From an uncultured Desulfospira sp. (lineage in GTDB: Bacteria; Desulfobacterota; Desulfobacteria; Desulfobacterales; Desulfobacteraceae), in contig OY760175.1 in assembly GCA_963663165.1 (NCBI GenBank), positions 1,504,001-1,568,000 of the forward strand: DNA of 64,000 nucleotides, given 5' to 3'. The translations under genes and the position numbers were made by a program. Positions 36,160-46,163 of the stretch are shown in pieces. Each line of letters opens with the position of its first letter. The stretch's first letter is position 1. Under the pieces are notes generated by a model, which saw nothing but the letters and a program-made list of their open reading frames with translations, made no database searches and was not told the origin of the DNA.

Positions 36160-38286
36160 TTAGGCTTTGGAAAGGCTTGCCCTGATTCCAAAGGCAGCAT
36201 CCAGTCCGGAACCGGTTTCAATCACCGGACCGATCAGGTCATTTACATTTACGCCCTTGTTGGAGACAAACTTATTGTCAAAGGTATGGCCAAGTCCCCT
36301 GACCATCCCGATAACGCCGGGCATAATCCCGTGGTTCAGATTCACTCTTACCCGGGCCGAGCCCGCTGGGGTTTCCAGCATGGCAAAGCTGCCGTCCACT
36401 AATCCCCCGGCGGTTTGCGGATTTACTTCCACCAGGATGTCTTTGCCGGCAAGGACCTTGTCGGAAACGGTTTTTACGGCAAAGGGGGAGGCGGCAGGAA
36501 CGGCCTGGGTTAAACGCATATTGTCAATGGGAATCAGAAGAAGTTTGCCCTCCCCTTCAGGTTGAACACTTGCAGGGTTCTGGGACAAAAAGGAAAAATC
36601 AACGTTGGGAAACCCTGAGGGCAACTCCTGGGAAACACTGGCATAGCCGTCTTCTGAAAGGGTGTCCCAGATATCGGCGGCCAGAGCCTCCAGGCATTCG
36701 TCATAGGATTCCCAGGCAAAGCTTTCGGCCACACTGTCCCCTACGGCAGAGGCCAGGGCTATCAGGGCATCCCCCGGGGATTTGGTATCAAAAACAGGAC
36801 CCACCATGGTCCGGGTCAAGCCCACGGTCCGGGCAGGCAGTGCGCCGCCGGGGGCCACATCTTCTGTTTTTTCCAGAAAGGTGCTCATGGGCAGGACAAC
36901 GTCTGCGGCCAAGGCCGTCTCGTCCAGGAAGGATGAAAAGGCCACCACAAAGGGAATTTTTTCAAAGGCTTTTTTAACGGCTTCGGGCTGATTTAAGGTG
37001 TAGCAGGGATTGGCGTTGTAAACCAGCAGGGCATCCAGGGCCGGATCACCGTCCTGTCCCAATGCCTGAACAAGGGCGTTAACCGAGACGGCGGCCTTGT
37101 CTTTGCCGGCACCGGCTTCGGCGGTTTCATCCATGACCGGATCCGGGAAGGACAGATAGCTTTCTTTGGGCAGGACAAACACCCCGCCTTGTTTGTTGAT
37201 GTTTCCCTTTAACAGGTTCAGGGCATAGACCGCTGCAAATTCTTTAAGGCTCTGGGCCCCGGCACCTCTGCCCTTGCCCGGAACCGCCACGGCAGTTTTG
37301 GCATCGGCAAACATCAGGGCGGTTTTCCTGATATCTTCAGCCGATACCCCGGTTACCTCGGCCATCTTTTCAGGGGCATAATCTGTTTCAAGGAAGGCCA
37401 CAAACTTGTTAAACCCGCCTTTAAATGTGGATGTAAACCCTGAATCAAATTTTTTCTCCTGAATCAGCACCGCACACATGGATAGGGCCAAATCCCCTTC
37501 GGTCCCGGGTTTGACCGGGATCCACCTGTCAGCGCTGGCGGCCGTGTTGGACAGGCGCGGTTCAATCTGGAAAAGTTTGGCGTGCCGTTCTTTTCGGGAG
37601 GCATTGGCTTTAAAGCAATGGACCGGAGATCCCCATCCTTCAATGATACCGGCGCCAAAGCTTAACACAAACTCTGAATTTTCAAGGTCAAACCCTAAGG
37701 TATTGCCCTGGCCGTGAAAGGTGGCGGCGGTCAGCTCAAGGGTGGCGTCCAGGCCCGGCATGGCATAAAAATTGGGAGACCCGAATGCGGTCAGAAACCG
37801 TTTAAACAGCCCGGGTACCGAGCCGGCATCCTTGTCACAGATGCAGCCAAGTTTTTCCGGGGCGCTGCCCCTGACCTCACCGAGTTTTTCGGCCACCAGG
37901 GAGATGGCGTCATCCCAGGAAACCGGTTCAAACCCGCTGCCGGTCTTTTTTAAAGGTTGTTTGACCCTTGCCGGGTCATAAAGGTATTGGAGACCGGCAA
38001 TCCCGTGGAGGCAGGCCCCGCCGTCATTGACCGGATATCCGTCAAGGCCCTCTATTTTCACGGGCCGGTTGTCTATTTTTCTAACGCTGATCCCGCAACT
38101 TCCGGGACAGAGGCTGCAAACCGAAGCGTCATATGAAATTTGGCCGTCATTGGGAACAGGGGTCCAGGGCCAGTTCTGTGTCCAGATGGATGAATCATCC
38201 GTCAATTTGACTCCCACAGGGGAAATCGCAACACCGGCAACTGCGCCAAGTCCCAGTCCCAAGAAGCTTCTTCTATCAACTTTCAT
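36160..38286 (-). CDS. qrcB: Quinone reductase complex molybdopterin-oxidoreductase-like subunit (Tat)
   Basis: MKVDRRSFLG Tat motif, DDSSIWTQNW, CSLCPGSCG...C. Confidence 0.88.
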   Translation of the reverse strand: MKVDRRSFLGLGLGAVAGVAISPVGVKLTDDSSIWTQNWPWTPVPNDGQISYDASVCSLCPGSCGISVRKIDNRPVKIEGLDGYPVNDGGACLHGIAGLQYLYDPARVKQPLKKTGSGFEPVSWDDAISLVAEKLGEVRGSAPEKLGCICDKDAGSVPGLFKRFLTAFGSPNFYAMPGLDATLELTAATFHGQGNTLGFDLENSEFVLSFGAGIIEGWGSPVHCFKANASRKERHAKLFQIEPRLSNTAASADRWIPVKPGTEGDLALSMCAVLIQEKKFDSGFTSTFKGGFNKFVAFLETDYAPEKMAEVTGVSAEDIRKTALMFADAKTAVAVPGKGRGAGAQSLKEFAAVYALNLLKGNINKQGGVFVLPKESYLSFPDPVMDETAEAGAGKDKAAVSVNALVQALGQDGDPALDALLVYNANPCYTLNQPEAVKKAFEKIPFVVAFSSFLDETALAADVVLPMSTFLEKTEDVAPGGALPARTVGLTRTMVGPVFDTKSPGDALIALASAVGDSVAESFAWESYDECLEALAADIWDTLSEDGYASVSQELPSGFPNVDFSFLSQNPASVQPEGEGKLLLIPIDNMRLTQAVPAASPFAVKTVSDKVLAGKDILVEVNPQTAGGLVDGSFAMLETPAGSARVRVNLNHGIMPGVIGMVRGLGHTFDNKFVSNKGVNVNDLIGPVIETGSGLDAAFGIRASLSKA

Positions 38287-38332
38287 AAATTTAAGTCCTC
38301 TATAAAATTTGAAAATCGCTGTTGTCGGGGGC

Positions 38333-38998
38333 TTACTTGTGGCACTGGAAACAATAGCCCTGATGGCCGGTTTCCGTTTTGTGACACTCTGCGCAGTCAT
38401 CCATTTTCATCCGATCCCAGGAATGCTTTTTGATTCCCCAGATGTTCTTGCCCCAGATATCCCGGCTGTAGCCGGTAATCCTGTTTTCCTCATAAGGCCG
38501 CGAAGCGGTGGATTCGCCAATGTGGCCGTGACAGGTGACGCACTCCATGCCCGCCTTGTTGATATGGGCGGCATGGGAGAAAAACACACAGTCAGGCTGC
38601 CTTGAATAGACATGCCAGGGGACCTCTTTTTCCTGAGCCACATACTCTTCGGCGAACACGGCTTCATCTTCGGTCTCGCCCATGGCCTCTTCCGTATGGC
38701 ATTCCAGACAGGTTTCCATCTTGGGAATCCCGGAAAAGGTACCGTCCTCTCTTAGGAAATGGCAGGTTTCACAATCACCGGTTTCTTCTACATGCAGCGC
38801 ATGGTTAAAGTTAAAAGGTTGCTCCTTTTTTGAGTAAAGCAACTTAGGAAAAAGCAGCCAGCCGGACAAGAAGCATATCAAGAATGCCGCTATGAAAAAG
38901 ATAACGCCAAGGCCTAACCCTTTGTCATCTTTTGGATCTCCGGCAGTGCCATCCCCTGCACCTTCCATGGAACCCGCTTTGTTTTCTATTTTACTCAT
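38333..38998 (-). CDS. qrcA: Quinone reductase complex multiheme cytochrome c
   Basis: N-terminal TM helix and five CxxCH motifs. Confidence 0.9.
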   Translation of the reverse strand: MSKIENKAGSMEGAGDGTAGDPKDDKGLGLGVIFFIAAFLICFLSGWLLFPKLLYSKKEQPFNFNHALHVEETGDCETCHFLREDGTFSGIPKMETCLECHTEEAMGETEDEAVFAEEYVAQEKEVPWHVYSRQPDCVFFSHAAHINKAGMECVTCHGHIGESTASRPYEENRITGYSRDIWGKNIWGIKKHSWDRMKMDDCAECHKTETGHQGYCFQCHK

Positions 38999-39224
38999 GA
39001 AAACTCCATCAAAGTTAAAAAGTTGATGTTACCTATCGCCTATTTGTCCGGGAACCGCCCGAACCTTTATTTTTTCGCAGGACACCCCTAAAGGCACCTG
39101 CAATTTATCGGTAAATGGGGCAATCAGCGTTATTCTATATTAAGATCCTGTTTTGTTGTCAAGTAAAGGATGAATTATCCCGGCCAAACGCCCTTGCAAA
39201 ACCCTAAAAAAATAAACCGCCCCC

Positions 39225-39299
39225 TCTTATTTCCTGTCTCTTATCTCTTGTTTCTTGTTTCCTGTCTCTTGTTTCCTGTCTCTTGTTTCTTGTCTCTTG
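39225..39299. repeat. Heptamer tandem array (TCTTGTT/TCCTGTC-like)
   Basis: About 10 degenerate 7-mers right after the ccsA stop. Confidence 0.75.
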
Positions 39300-40139
39300 C
39301 TACGCATAGCTGTGAAGCCCTGACAAAAAGTAATTCACGCCAAAATAGGTGAACAGGACGGCCAGGAATCCCACAATGGAAACAATGGCAAGATTTTTGC
39401 CGTACCATCCGCGCATGAGCCTCAAATGCATGAAAATGGCGTAAATAAACCAGGTGATCAACGACCAGGTTTCTTTGGGGTCCCAGGACCAGTATTTTCC
39501 CCAGGCCGAGTTGGCCCAGACCGATCCGGTGATGATGCCGATGGTCAAAAACAGGAAACCAAATACCACCATCTGGTAGGTCAGCTCATCAATGATATCC
39601 CAGTCCGGCAGCCTTGAAAAAAACGATTTTACGGCCGGTTCCTTTGGCTTGACAAAATAAATGATGCTGAACCCGAATGCCACGGCAAAACCGGCATACC
39701 CCAAAAAACAGGTAATCACATGGGCTATGAGCCAGTTGGATTTCAAGGCCGGAATCAGGGGCGTGATCTTTGAACTCACATCCGGGTTAAAGGAGGCATA
39801 GGCAATGGCCAGAAAAATCAACGGAGAGACAAACACCCCGATAATGGTTTCCCGGTATTTGAGTTCCACAAAAATGTAAAGCACGGCCACGGTCCAGGAA
39901 AAAAAGACCAGGGACTCATACATGTTTGAAAAGGGGGCATGGCCGTACCCGAGATGATAGGACTCCACCCACCGCATGATAATGCCGGCTGTATTTACCA
40001 GAAGGCCGGCCACCAGGACAACGAACCCGGCCCGGCCCAAACCGTTTTTCTTAAAGGCGAACAACCCGATATAAAATACCGAGGCCAGTGCATAGATGAA
40101 CGTGGCCCATGATAATGCCATAGAACTGCTGATCCCCAT
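39300..40139 (-). CDS. ccsA: Cytochrome c biogenesis system II heme lyase (CcsA/ResC)
   Basis: GSVWANSAWGKYWSWDPKETW (WWD domain), GLHSY. Confidence 0.92.
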   Translation of the reverse strand: MGISSSMALSWATFIYALASVFYIGLFAFKKNGLGRAGFVVLVAGLLVNTAGIIMRWVESYHLGYGHAPFSNMYESLVFFSWTVAVLYIFVELKYRETIIGVFVSPLIFLAIAYASFNPDVSSKITPLIPALKSNWLIAHVITCFLGYAGFAVAFGFSIIYFVKPKEPAVKSFFSRLPDWDIIDELTYQMVVFGFLFLTIGIITGSVWANSAWGKYWSWDPKETWSLITWFIYAIFMHLRLMRGWYGKNLAIVSIVGFLAVLFTYFGVNYFLSGLHSYA

Positions 40140-40143
40140 GTGT

Positions 40144-41535
40144 TTATCCTTTCCTGACCCGCTGGGTCTTGAACTGTTGGGTCTTAAGCCGTTGGGCAAG
40201 TTTCCTGAGTTTGAGCTTCATGCCCTGGATATTCCGGTTGGTCACACCGGCCACGGTCACATTTACACGGCTGTCTTCTGATGTTGCAATTTCAATATAA
40301 TAAGATTCATGGGACATGAAAAAGGTCACCCAGCATCCCAGGATCATGAGGATAAATCCGGCATACACATACCAGACCCCGGGGTCTTTGGTTACCTGAA
40401 GTCCGGTGTAATACCGCTGGTTAAATTCTTTAACCACCACGGTAAACCGCCCCTTTCTCATCTTGTCGAATGTGGGGAATTGGGTGGGCAGGGCAATGGT
40501 GAACGGGGCTTCGTTTCCCAGGGTGATGCGGCCGAAAAAGGCCTCCCCGAGGTTGTGCCCCTTAAAATCATAGTGGGGCAGAAACCCTTCAAACATGAAA
40601 CTGCCCTGCCCCCCGGGCAAGGGCCCTGCCTGCCCGGCCTCAAGTTCATGGGTGACCTGTTCTTTGGTCTGGTTGTCGGTGATGGCAAACACGGCCGAAT
40701 CCGGGGATGCCGTCCCATAGGAGGCCTGAAAAATATTGATCCCTTTATATCTTAAGGGGTGATTGACCAGGATGTCCTTTGAAAGACTGTCCCTGCCGTT
40801 TTCCACAATGGTCAGGGTGGAGCGGAACTCTTCAGGGGCGCCGGTGTCATAAAACTTTACTTTAAAATCGTCGCACCGGATGGCAAAATCAAGCTTGATG
40901 GGAACCTTTGTCCGGAATGCGGTGACACTGTCGGCCGATTCTCCCTCGTCCAGCCTTAAATTGGCCTTGAATCCGAAAACCGCCCCGATAAGGGCCCCGA
41001 GCAGCAGCAGCAGGATACTGGCATGAACCACATAAACCCCAATTCGGGTCCACCGCCCTTTTTCCGCATACAGGATCAGGCTTTTGTCCAGATCTTTACG
41101 GATCAGCTTTCCCCCCTGCCTCTTTAAGGCCTTTTCACAGATCCCGGCCATGGACGCAAGGTCTTCGGGGCTTGAGAAACTTTCTGTGAGTTTGGTTTTT
41201 CTGAACCGGTCCGGGTTGACCTTTACCTGTCTGGGGAAAATGATTTTCCAGGTATGGGAGAGCCGTTCAACCGAACAGACCACAATATTGATACAAAGAA
41301 TCACCAGCAGCAGCAGAAACCACCAGGCATGGTACATATCGTTGAGGCCCATGGCAAAGATAAAATTGGCCGTACCTTCGCCGTAGAGCCTGACATACTG
41401 CATGGGATTCCCGTTCTGAAGAACAATGGTCCCGACGATTGAGGTTGAAGCCAGCAGAACCAGGGTATACACCGTCAGCTTGACGGAACTGAAAAATATC
41501 CATATCTGCTCAGGAATGGTTTGTTTGTTTTTCAA
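40144..41535 (-). CDS. resB: Cytochrome c biogenesis protein ResB/Ccs1
   Basis: FFSSVKL, VHASILL, VNHPLRYKG, YTGLQVTKDPG; TTG start inferred. Confidence 0.88.
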   Translation of the reverse strand: MKNKQTIPEQIWIFFSSVKLTVYTLVLLASTSIVGTIVLQNGNPMQYVRLYGEGTANFIFAMGLNDMYHAWWFLLLLVILCINIVVCSVERLSHTWKIIFPRQVKVNPDRFRKTKLTESFSSPEDLASMAGICEKALKRQGGKLIRKDLDKSLILYAEKGRWTRIGVYVVHASILLLLLGALIGAVFGFKANLRLDEGESADSVTAFRTKVPIKLDFAIRCDDFKVKFYDTGAPEEFRSTLTIVENGRDSLSKDILVNHPLRYKGINIFQASYGTASPDSAVFAITDNQTKEQVTHELEAGQAGPLPGGQGSFMFEGFLPHYDFKGHNLGEAFFGRITLGNEAPFTIALPTQFPTFDKMRKGRFTVVVKEFNQRYYTGLQVTKDPGVWYVYAGFILMILGCWVTFFMSHESYYIEIATSEDSRVNVTVAGVTNRNIQGMKLKLRKLAQRLKTQQFKTQRVRKG

Positions 41536-41635
41536 ATGTCTCTTTCCAGGTTGTTGTTTGATCAAGAAGGGTCCACCCAAAAGGGTGGCTGTTTATGGAC
41601 GTTCCTGCCCCCCTGTCGGCACCCCATATTTGGGA

Positions 41636-43435
41636 CTAACGGCCTGATGGGTTGCGGGCCAGAGCATCTTCCAGGAAGGCTGACAAATTCGAAGTTTGTT
41701 CCTGCCCTGCCCCCATGGCAGCCCGGATCACGTCCATTTTGCCTAAAATCACGGCCTTTTTTCTGGCCCGGGTCACCCCGGTATACAAAAGGCTTCGGGT
41801 CACCACAGGGGATAACTGGTCCGGGATAATGATCAGCACCGTATCAAACTCAGACCCCTGGCTTTTGTGGATGGTCACAGCCCAGGCCGGTTCATGGGCC
41901 GGAAGATCCGCATACCGGTATGTTCGAATTGTTTTGTCCGGCATTTTAAACCCTGCCCGCTCTCCTTTGCCGTCCTGCCCAAAAACCACCCCGGTGTCTC
42001 CGTTGAACAGCCCTTTGTCATAATCATTTAACCGAATCATAATCATCCGTTTAAAAAATTTGTTCTTTATACCAGAATCCCCCCTGATCCGCAAAATTTT
42101 TTCACAAATGCCGTTCACTTGACCCGTGCCGGCTTCTCCCCGGTTATGGGCGCAAAGTATCCTGAAATCATCTGTTTTTTCTAAGGCATCGGCCAAATTC
42201 CCGGCCGCTGAAAATTTTTGGTATCCCTGTAAAACAAGCTCCTGGAGCAGGGCATTTTTGCCCCCTGCCCTGCCCGGTTCTTTAAACATAAGGTCATCAA
42301 AGTCCCCCTGTTTTAAGACCGCCGTTAATTTGCTGACATCATTTCTCCGGATGGCGTCTGCGATGTTTTCGAGGCCGGTTTTTCCGCCGGACCGGAAATT
42401 GTATTCCAGGAATACCTTGTGGCCATCCAGGGCCGGGGTGGCGCAGATTTCACTGAAAACCGCGCCGGCCTGCACTGGTGACAGCTGGTGGCCGTCCCCG
42501 AGCAGAATTACCCGGGCATATAAGGGAAGGGCCTCTAACAGCCTGGTCATCAAGGCAAGGTCGATCATGGACGCCTCATCAATAATGACCAAATCCGCTG
42601 CCAGGGGGTTGTCCCGGTTGTGAACAAATCCGGGCCTGTCCTTCAAGGGGACCAGGGCCGAGTGAATGGTGGCCCCTTTGGTCAGCCTGGCGGCTGCCTT
42701 GCCCGTGGGGGCCAGGCAGACCACCTTAGGACAGGGAAGGTTCCGGGATTTGGCATATGCCAGGACAAGGGACTGAATGATATCCGTGATATGGGTCTTG
42801 CCGGTGCCGGGTCCCCCGGATATCACGGTGAAATATTGGGTCAACGCCTTTCGGACGGCCTGCTGCTGGGGGCCGGTGGTAACCGGGTCCTGGCCTTGAA
42901 ATGGCAAGGCCGACTGCTGCAGGGCAAAATCCGGGTCCATATCCGGAGAACCGGCCCTGACCCTGCGTCGGATATTGTCTGAAAGTCTTTGCTGAAAATC
43001 GTAATACCTGGACAGATACAGGCACCCGCCCTGGTCCAGAACCAGGGGATGTGCTTTGACAGGGCCGTTCCGGCTGCCAGATGCTTGGCATACCGGGCAG
43101 GCGTTGACCATATGTGCGGTTTTAAGCGATGCGGTCCAATCTTCTATTTCAGGAAGCCTGATGCCTGCCGGCCGGCTGTGATCCTCTTTACCGCCGCGGC
43201 TCAACTCATCATCCAGGAAAGAAGACAGAACCGAGCCGGCCGCTTTTTTAAGGTCCAGAAAGGCCACCCCTTGGGACAGTGCCCTGGACACAAGCGCCGC
43301 AGAAACCAGCACCCGTTCCCCGTCTTCCGGGAAAATCCGGTTCATTGATTTGGCAAAAAAATAATCCTGCCTGTTGATCAGCCCATGCTCAAACAGCATG
43401 TCCAGTCCCGGCTCAACCGGTTTTTGCCCTGCCAT
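41636..43435 (-). CDS. recD: Exodeoxyribonuclease V alpha subunit RecD
   Basis: YLSRY, ISGGPGTGKT, APTGKAAARL, DEASMID, GLFNGD, TIHKSQGSEF, LLYTGVTRA. Confidence 0.9.
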   Translation of the reverse strand: MAGQKPVEPGLDMLFEHGLINRQDYFFAKSMNRIFPEDGERVLVSAALVSRALSQGVAFLDLKKAAGSVLSSFLDDELSRGGKEDHSRPAGIRLPEIEDWTASLKTAHMVNACPVCQASGSRNGPVKAHPLVLDQGGCLYLSRYYDFQQRLSDNIRRRVRAGSPDMDPDFALQQSALPFQGQDPVTTGPQQQAVRKALTQYFTVISGGPGTGKTHITDIIQSLVLAYAKSRNLPCPKVVCLAPTGKAAARLTKGATIHSALVPLKDRPGFVHNRDNPLAADLVIIDEASMIDLALMTRLLEALPLYARVILLGDGHQLSPVQAGAVFSEICATPALDGHKVFLEYNFRSGGKTGLENIADAIRRNDVSKLTAVLKQGDFDDLMFKEPGRAGGKNALLQELVLQGYQKFSAAGNLADALEKTDDFRILCAHNRGEAGTGQVNGICEKILRIRGDSGIKNKFFKRMIMIRLNDYDKGLFNGDTGVVFGQDGKGERAGFKMPDKTIRTYRYADLPAHEPAWAVTIHKSQGSEFDTVLIIIPDQLSPVVTRSLLYTGVTRARKKAVILGKMDVIRAAMGAGQEQTSNLSAFLEDALARNPSGR

Positions 43436-43695
43436 ACCTTAAAAATCCTTTGATTGTTTTTCAGCATTAGCTGAATATCATCACTGTTATCCTGGCGTTT
43501 TAGCAGTATAAACCCCATGTTTCAATTTGATTTTCCATGGTTTTTGAAAAAAGGGCGGATAATGCACGGATTTTTAAACGGTTTGGTTTCTTTGCTTGAG
43601 AAGCTATGAAAAAAGACGGAGACGGAGGGGAGGTAAATGAGAATCAGACCACAAAAGGCCGCCCATTCTCAAAAGGCGATTCCTTTTCTTTTCCA

Positions 43696-43977
43696 TCAGG
43701 TATGGACACCCTGCCTTCTGTCCTGCCCGATTCGGCGGTTGTCCCGAAAAGACAGGCTGACAAAGACGCCGTCTCGAACACAGCTCCTTCGGTCGGCCCT
43801 GGATCTGCGCCTGTCTTTTTTGAACCTTCGGGTAACCGTCTTTCTCCGGCTTGAAAACCCCCTGATCTCTTTGGGCGAATCAACAGTTTCGTTTAAGACG
43901 GGTAATATTTTATAATCAAATGTCATAAGCGCCGGGTCCTTGTTTATTTTCCTCACTTTATTACTGGGAATCGTCAT
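43696..43977 (-). CDS. Small hypothetical protein with DRRRSRADRR/DRR motifs
   Basis: 93-aa ORF with Arg-rich DRR repeats. Confidence 0.6.
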   Translation of the reverse strand: MTIPSNKVRKINKDPALMTFDYKILPVLNETVDSPKEIRGFSSRRKTVTRRFKKDRRRSRADRRSCVRDGVFVSLSFRDNRRIGQDRRQGVHT

Positions 43978-44039
43978 ATGTGACCATAAACTTTAATTTA
44001 CCCGGACACTTATTGCATTTTTTGCCGCAAATCTCCTTC

Positions 44040-44119
44040 TACCGGACCGACCTTTTGGTTGCGAGGATTGCAACTATCCCTGCAACACAGCAGATGGGAA
44101 AGTTTTTGTTCAAACACTA
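44040..44119 (-). repeat. Partial copy of the ~150-bp MITE
   Basis: Reverse complement TAGTGTTTGAACAAAAACTTTCCCATCTGCTGTGTTGCAG...TTGCAATCCTC matches the 61191 element. Confidence 0.75.
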
Positions 44120-44557
44120 TTTTTTCTTGGTGACATCATCAATATACTGATGAATCCTCAAAAACGGTTTGTATTCACAATCACTGGTTTCAATGTGTTC
44201 AACCATCCAGTCCCTTAAATCAACAATGGCTTCCAGGGTCAGATTTTCGACATCCTCGGCTATTTCTCTGCGCATATTGATGCTGGTTTTGATGAAATGG
44301 CGGTGCTGCCTGACATGGGCATCAAAATCCGGATACTTCCGTTTTTTAAGCAGCTTTTCTTCAGAAGAAAAAAACAGTTTCCCGGCATCGTTAATTTCTG
44401 AAATCATGTTGGCAATGATCTTGGGATCTGTCTTTTTTTGTTTCAAATCAATCAGTTCATTGAACTGGTCAAACAGGCTTTTTTGATAATTGTCCACTTC
44501 CTCGACTTCCACACCAAATTTGGGGTCCCAGTCAATGGTTAAATTTTTCTTGCTCAT
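44117..44557 (-). CDS. Hemerythrin-like protein (degenerate iron ligands)
   Basis: W...FGVEEVD, F.SEE.LL...YP...H...H, WMVEHI..SD. Confidence 0.82.
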   Translation of the reverse strand: MSKKNLTIDWDPKFGVEVEEVDNYQKSLFDQFNELIDLKQKKTDPKIIANMISEINDAGKLFFSSEEKLLKKRKYPDFDAHVRQHRHFIKTSINMRREIAEDVENLTLEAIVDLRDWMVEHIETSDCEYKPFLRIHQYIDDVTKKK

Positions 44558-44571
44558 TTTAAAAAACTCCT

Positions 44572-44754
44572 CTACTTTTTTTTGCCCAGCCACATGCTTC
44601 CCAGGACAGCCACTGAAACAATCACGGCCGTCAAGCCGGCAAATATATATCCATTATCGCCAAACCGGGGATAAATTACCATGGGCACCAGAACCACATA
44701 CAATACCGTATGAAATACGCCGATGCCCACAATCCTAATCCAGGCCCGCTTCAC
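44572..44754 (-). CDS. Small two-helix membrane protein
   Basis: 60 aa hydrophobic; overlaps the mpl stop. Confidence 0.65.
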   Translation of the reverse strand: MKRAWIRIVGIGVFHTVLYVVLVPMVIYPRFGDNGYIFAGLTAVIVSVAVLGSMWLGKKK

Positions 44755-46163
44755 GTGATTCGTTCCAGTATCCGCTCATGAATGTTGTCAAAACCGCCGT
44801 TGGACATGACCAGGACCAGATCATTTTCCCTCAAAACCCCGGGCAGAAATTCAAGTATCTCATCCACCTTTCCAAAACAGCGGGCCGGCACCCCCATTGA
44901 ATTGATATCATCCGCCAGTTTTTCCGGTAAAAACCGCTCGTTGTCGGGAATGTTCTTCTTGACACCAGGTTTGCAGATACAGACCATGTCCGCTGCTTTA
45001 AAGGCTGCCGGATAATCGTCCTGGAAGAAATGCCGCATACTGGTATTGGTCCGGGGCTCAAACACGGCAATCAGGCGCCCCTCACTGTAAAAGGGCTTTA
45101 CAGCGGCAATGGTTTCCCTGACCGCTGTGGGATGATGGGCAAAATCATCCATCACCGTGATCCCCTTTTTCACGCCCCGGATTTCCTGGCGCCGTTTTAC
45201 CCCTGAAAAACAGGCCATGGCATCCACCACCGTTCCGGGATCAATGCCGATCATCTGTGCTGCAGCGGCACAGGCCAGGAAATTTAAAAGGTTGTGCCGG
45301 CCCACCATGGGTGTTTCTATGGCATAGTCAATGCCCGGTCCGCAGATCTGGGCCACCGTTTTGCCCTCTTTTTTACCGTACTTGCCCAGGTGCCAGTCCC
45401 CGTTCTTAAGCTCAAAGCCGCCGTAAGTTTGTGCAGGGGCGCTGCTTGACGAAAGAATATCCATTAGAGTGGAATTTTCAAGACAGGCGATGATCCGGGA
45501 TCTGCCTTCATTTTTCTGGACCAGGCCTAAGAAAATCTCTTTTACATGGTCAAGGTCCCTGAAAATATCGGCATGGTCAAATTCCACCCCGGTCATGATG
45601 GTGATATAGGGATCATAATGCATGAATTTTGGGCCTTTATCAAAAAAGGCCGTGTCATATTCATCCCCTTCAATCACCATGTATTCCCCTGACCCGAGCC
45701 GGAAACTGGTTTCATACCCTTTGAGAATCCCGCCGATCATAAACGATGGATCATACCCGGCATGGGCCAGGATATGAGCCATAATGGAAGATGTGGTGGT
45801 CTTGCCATGGGTCCCGGTTACCAGAATAATTTTCTTTTGGGCTGCCACGAACCGGTTCACGGCCTGGGGCATGGACAGATAAGGAATATCCGAGTTGATG
45901 ACGGCCTTTGCCTCAGGATTTTCCCTTGTAACGGCGTTTCCAATGATGACCAGGTCCGGTTTCGGGTCCAGGTGGGACGGATCAAACCCCGCATAAAGCG
46001 GCACGCCGTTTTTTTCTAAAAAAACGCTCATGGGCGGATAGACATTCTGGTCTGATCCGGTGACCTCATGGCCCATCTCCTTTAGAATACAGGCCAGGGT
46101 CCCCATGCCGGTGCCGCAGGCGGCGATCAGGTGAATGCGCAACGGCTTTGACGGCTCTCCCAT
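44751..46163 (-). CDS. mpl: Murein peptide ligase (Mpl/MurC family)
   Basis: ACGTGMG, GSDQNVYPPMS, GTHGKTTT, EGDEYDTAFFDK, DDFAHHPTA, FEPRTN, MSNGGF. Confidence 0.88.
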   Translation of the reverse strand: MGEPSKPLRIHLIAACGTGMGTLACILKEMGHEVTGSDQNVYPPMSVFLEKNGVPLYAGFDPSHLDPKPDLVIIGNAVTRENPEAKAVINSDIPYLSMPQAVNRFVAAQKKIILVTGTHGKTTTSSIMAHILAHAGYDPSFMIGGILKGYETSFRLGSGEYMVIEGDEYDTAFFDKGPKFMHYDPYITIMTGVEFDHADIFRDLDHVKEIFLGLVQKNEGRSRIIACLENSTLMDILSSSSAPAQTYGGFELKNGDWHLGKYGKKEGKTVAQICGPGIDYAIETPMVGRHNLLNFLACAAAAQMIGIDPGTVVDAMACFSGVKRRQEIRGVKKGITVMDDFAHHPTAVRETIAAVKPFYSEGRLIAVFEPRTNTSMRHFFQDDYPAAFKAADMVCICKPGVKKNIPDNERFLPEKLADDINSMGVPARCFGKVDEILEFLPGVLRENDLVLVMSNGGFDNIHERILERIT

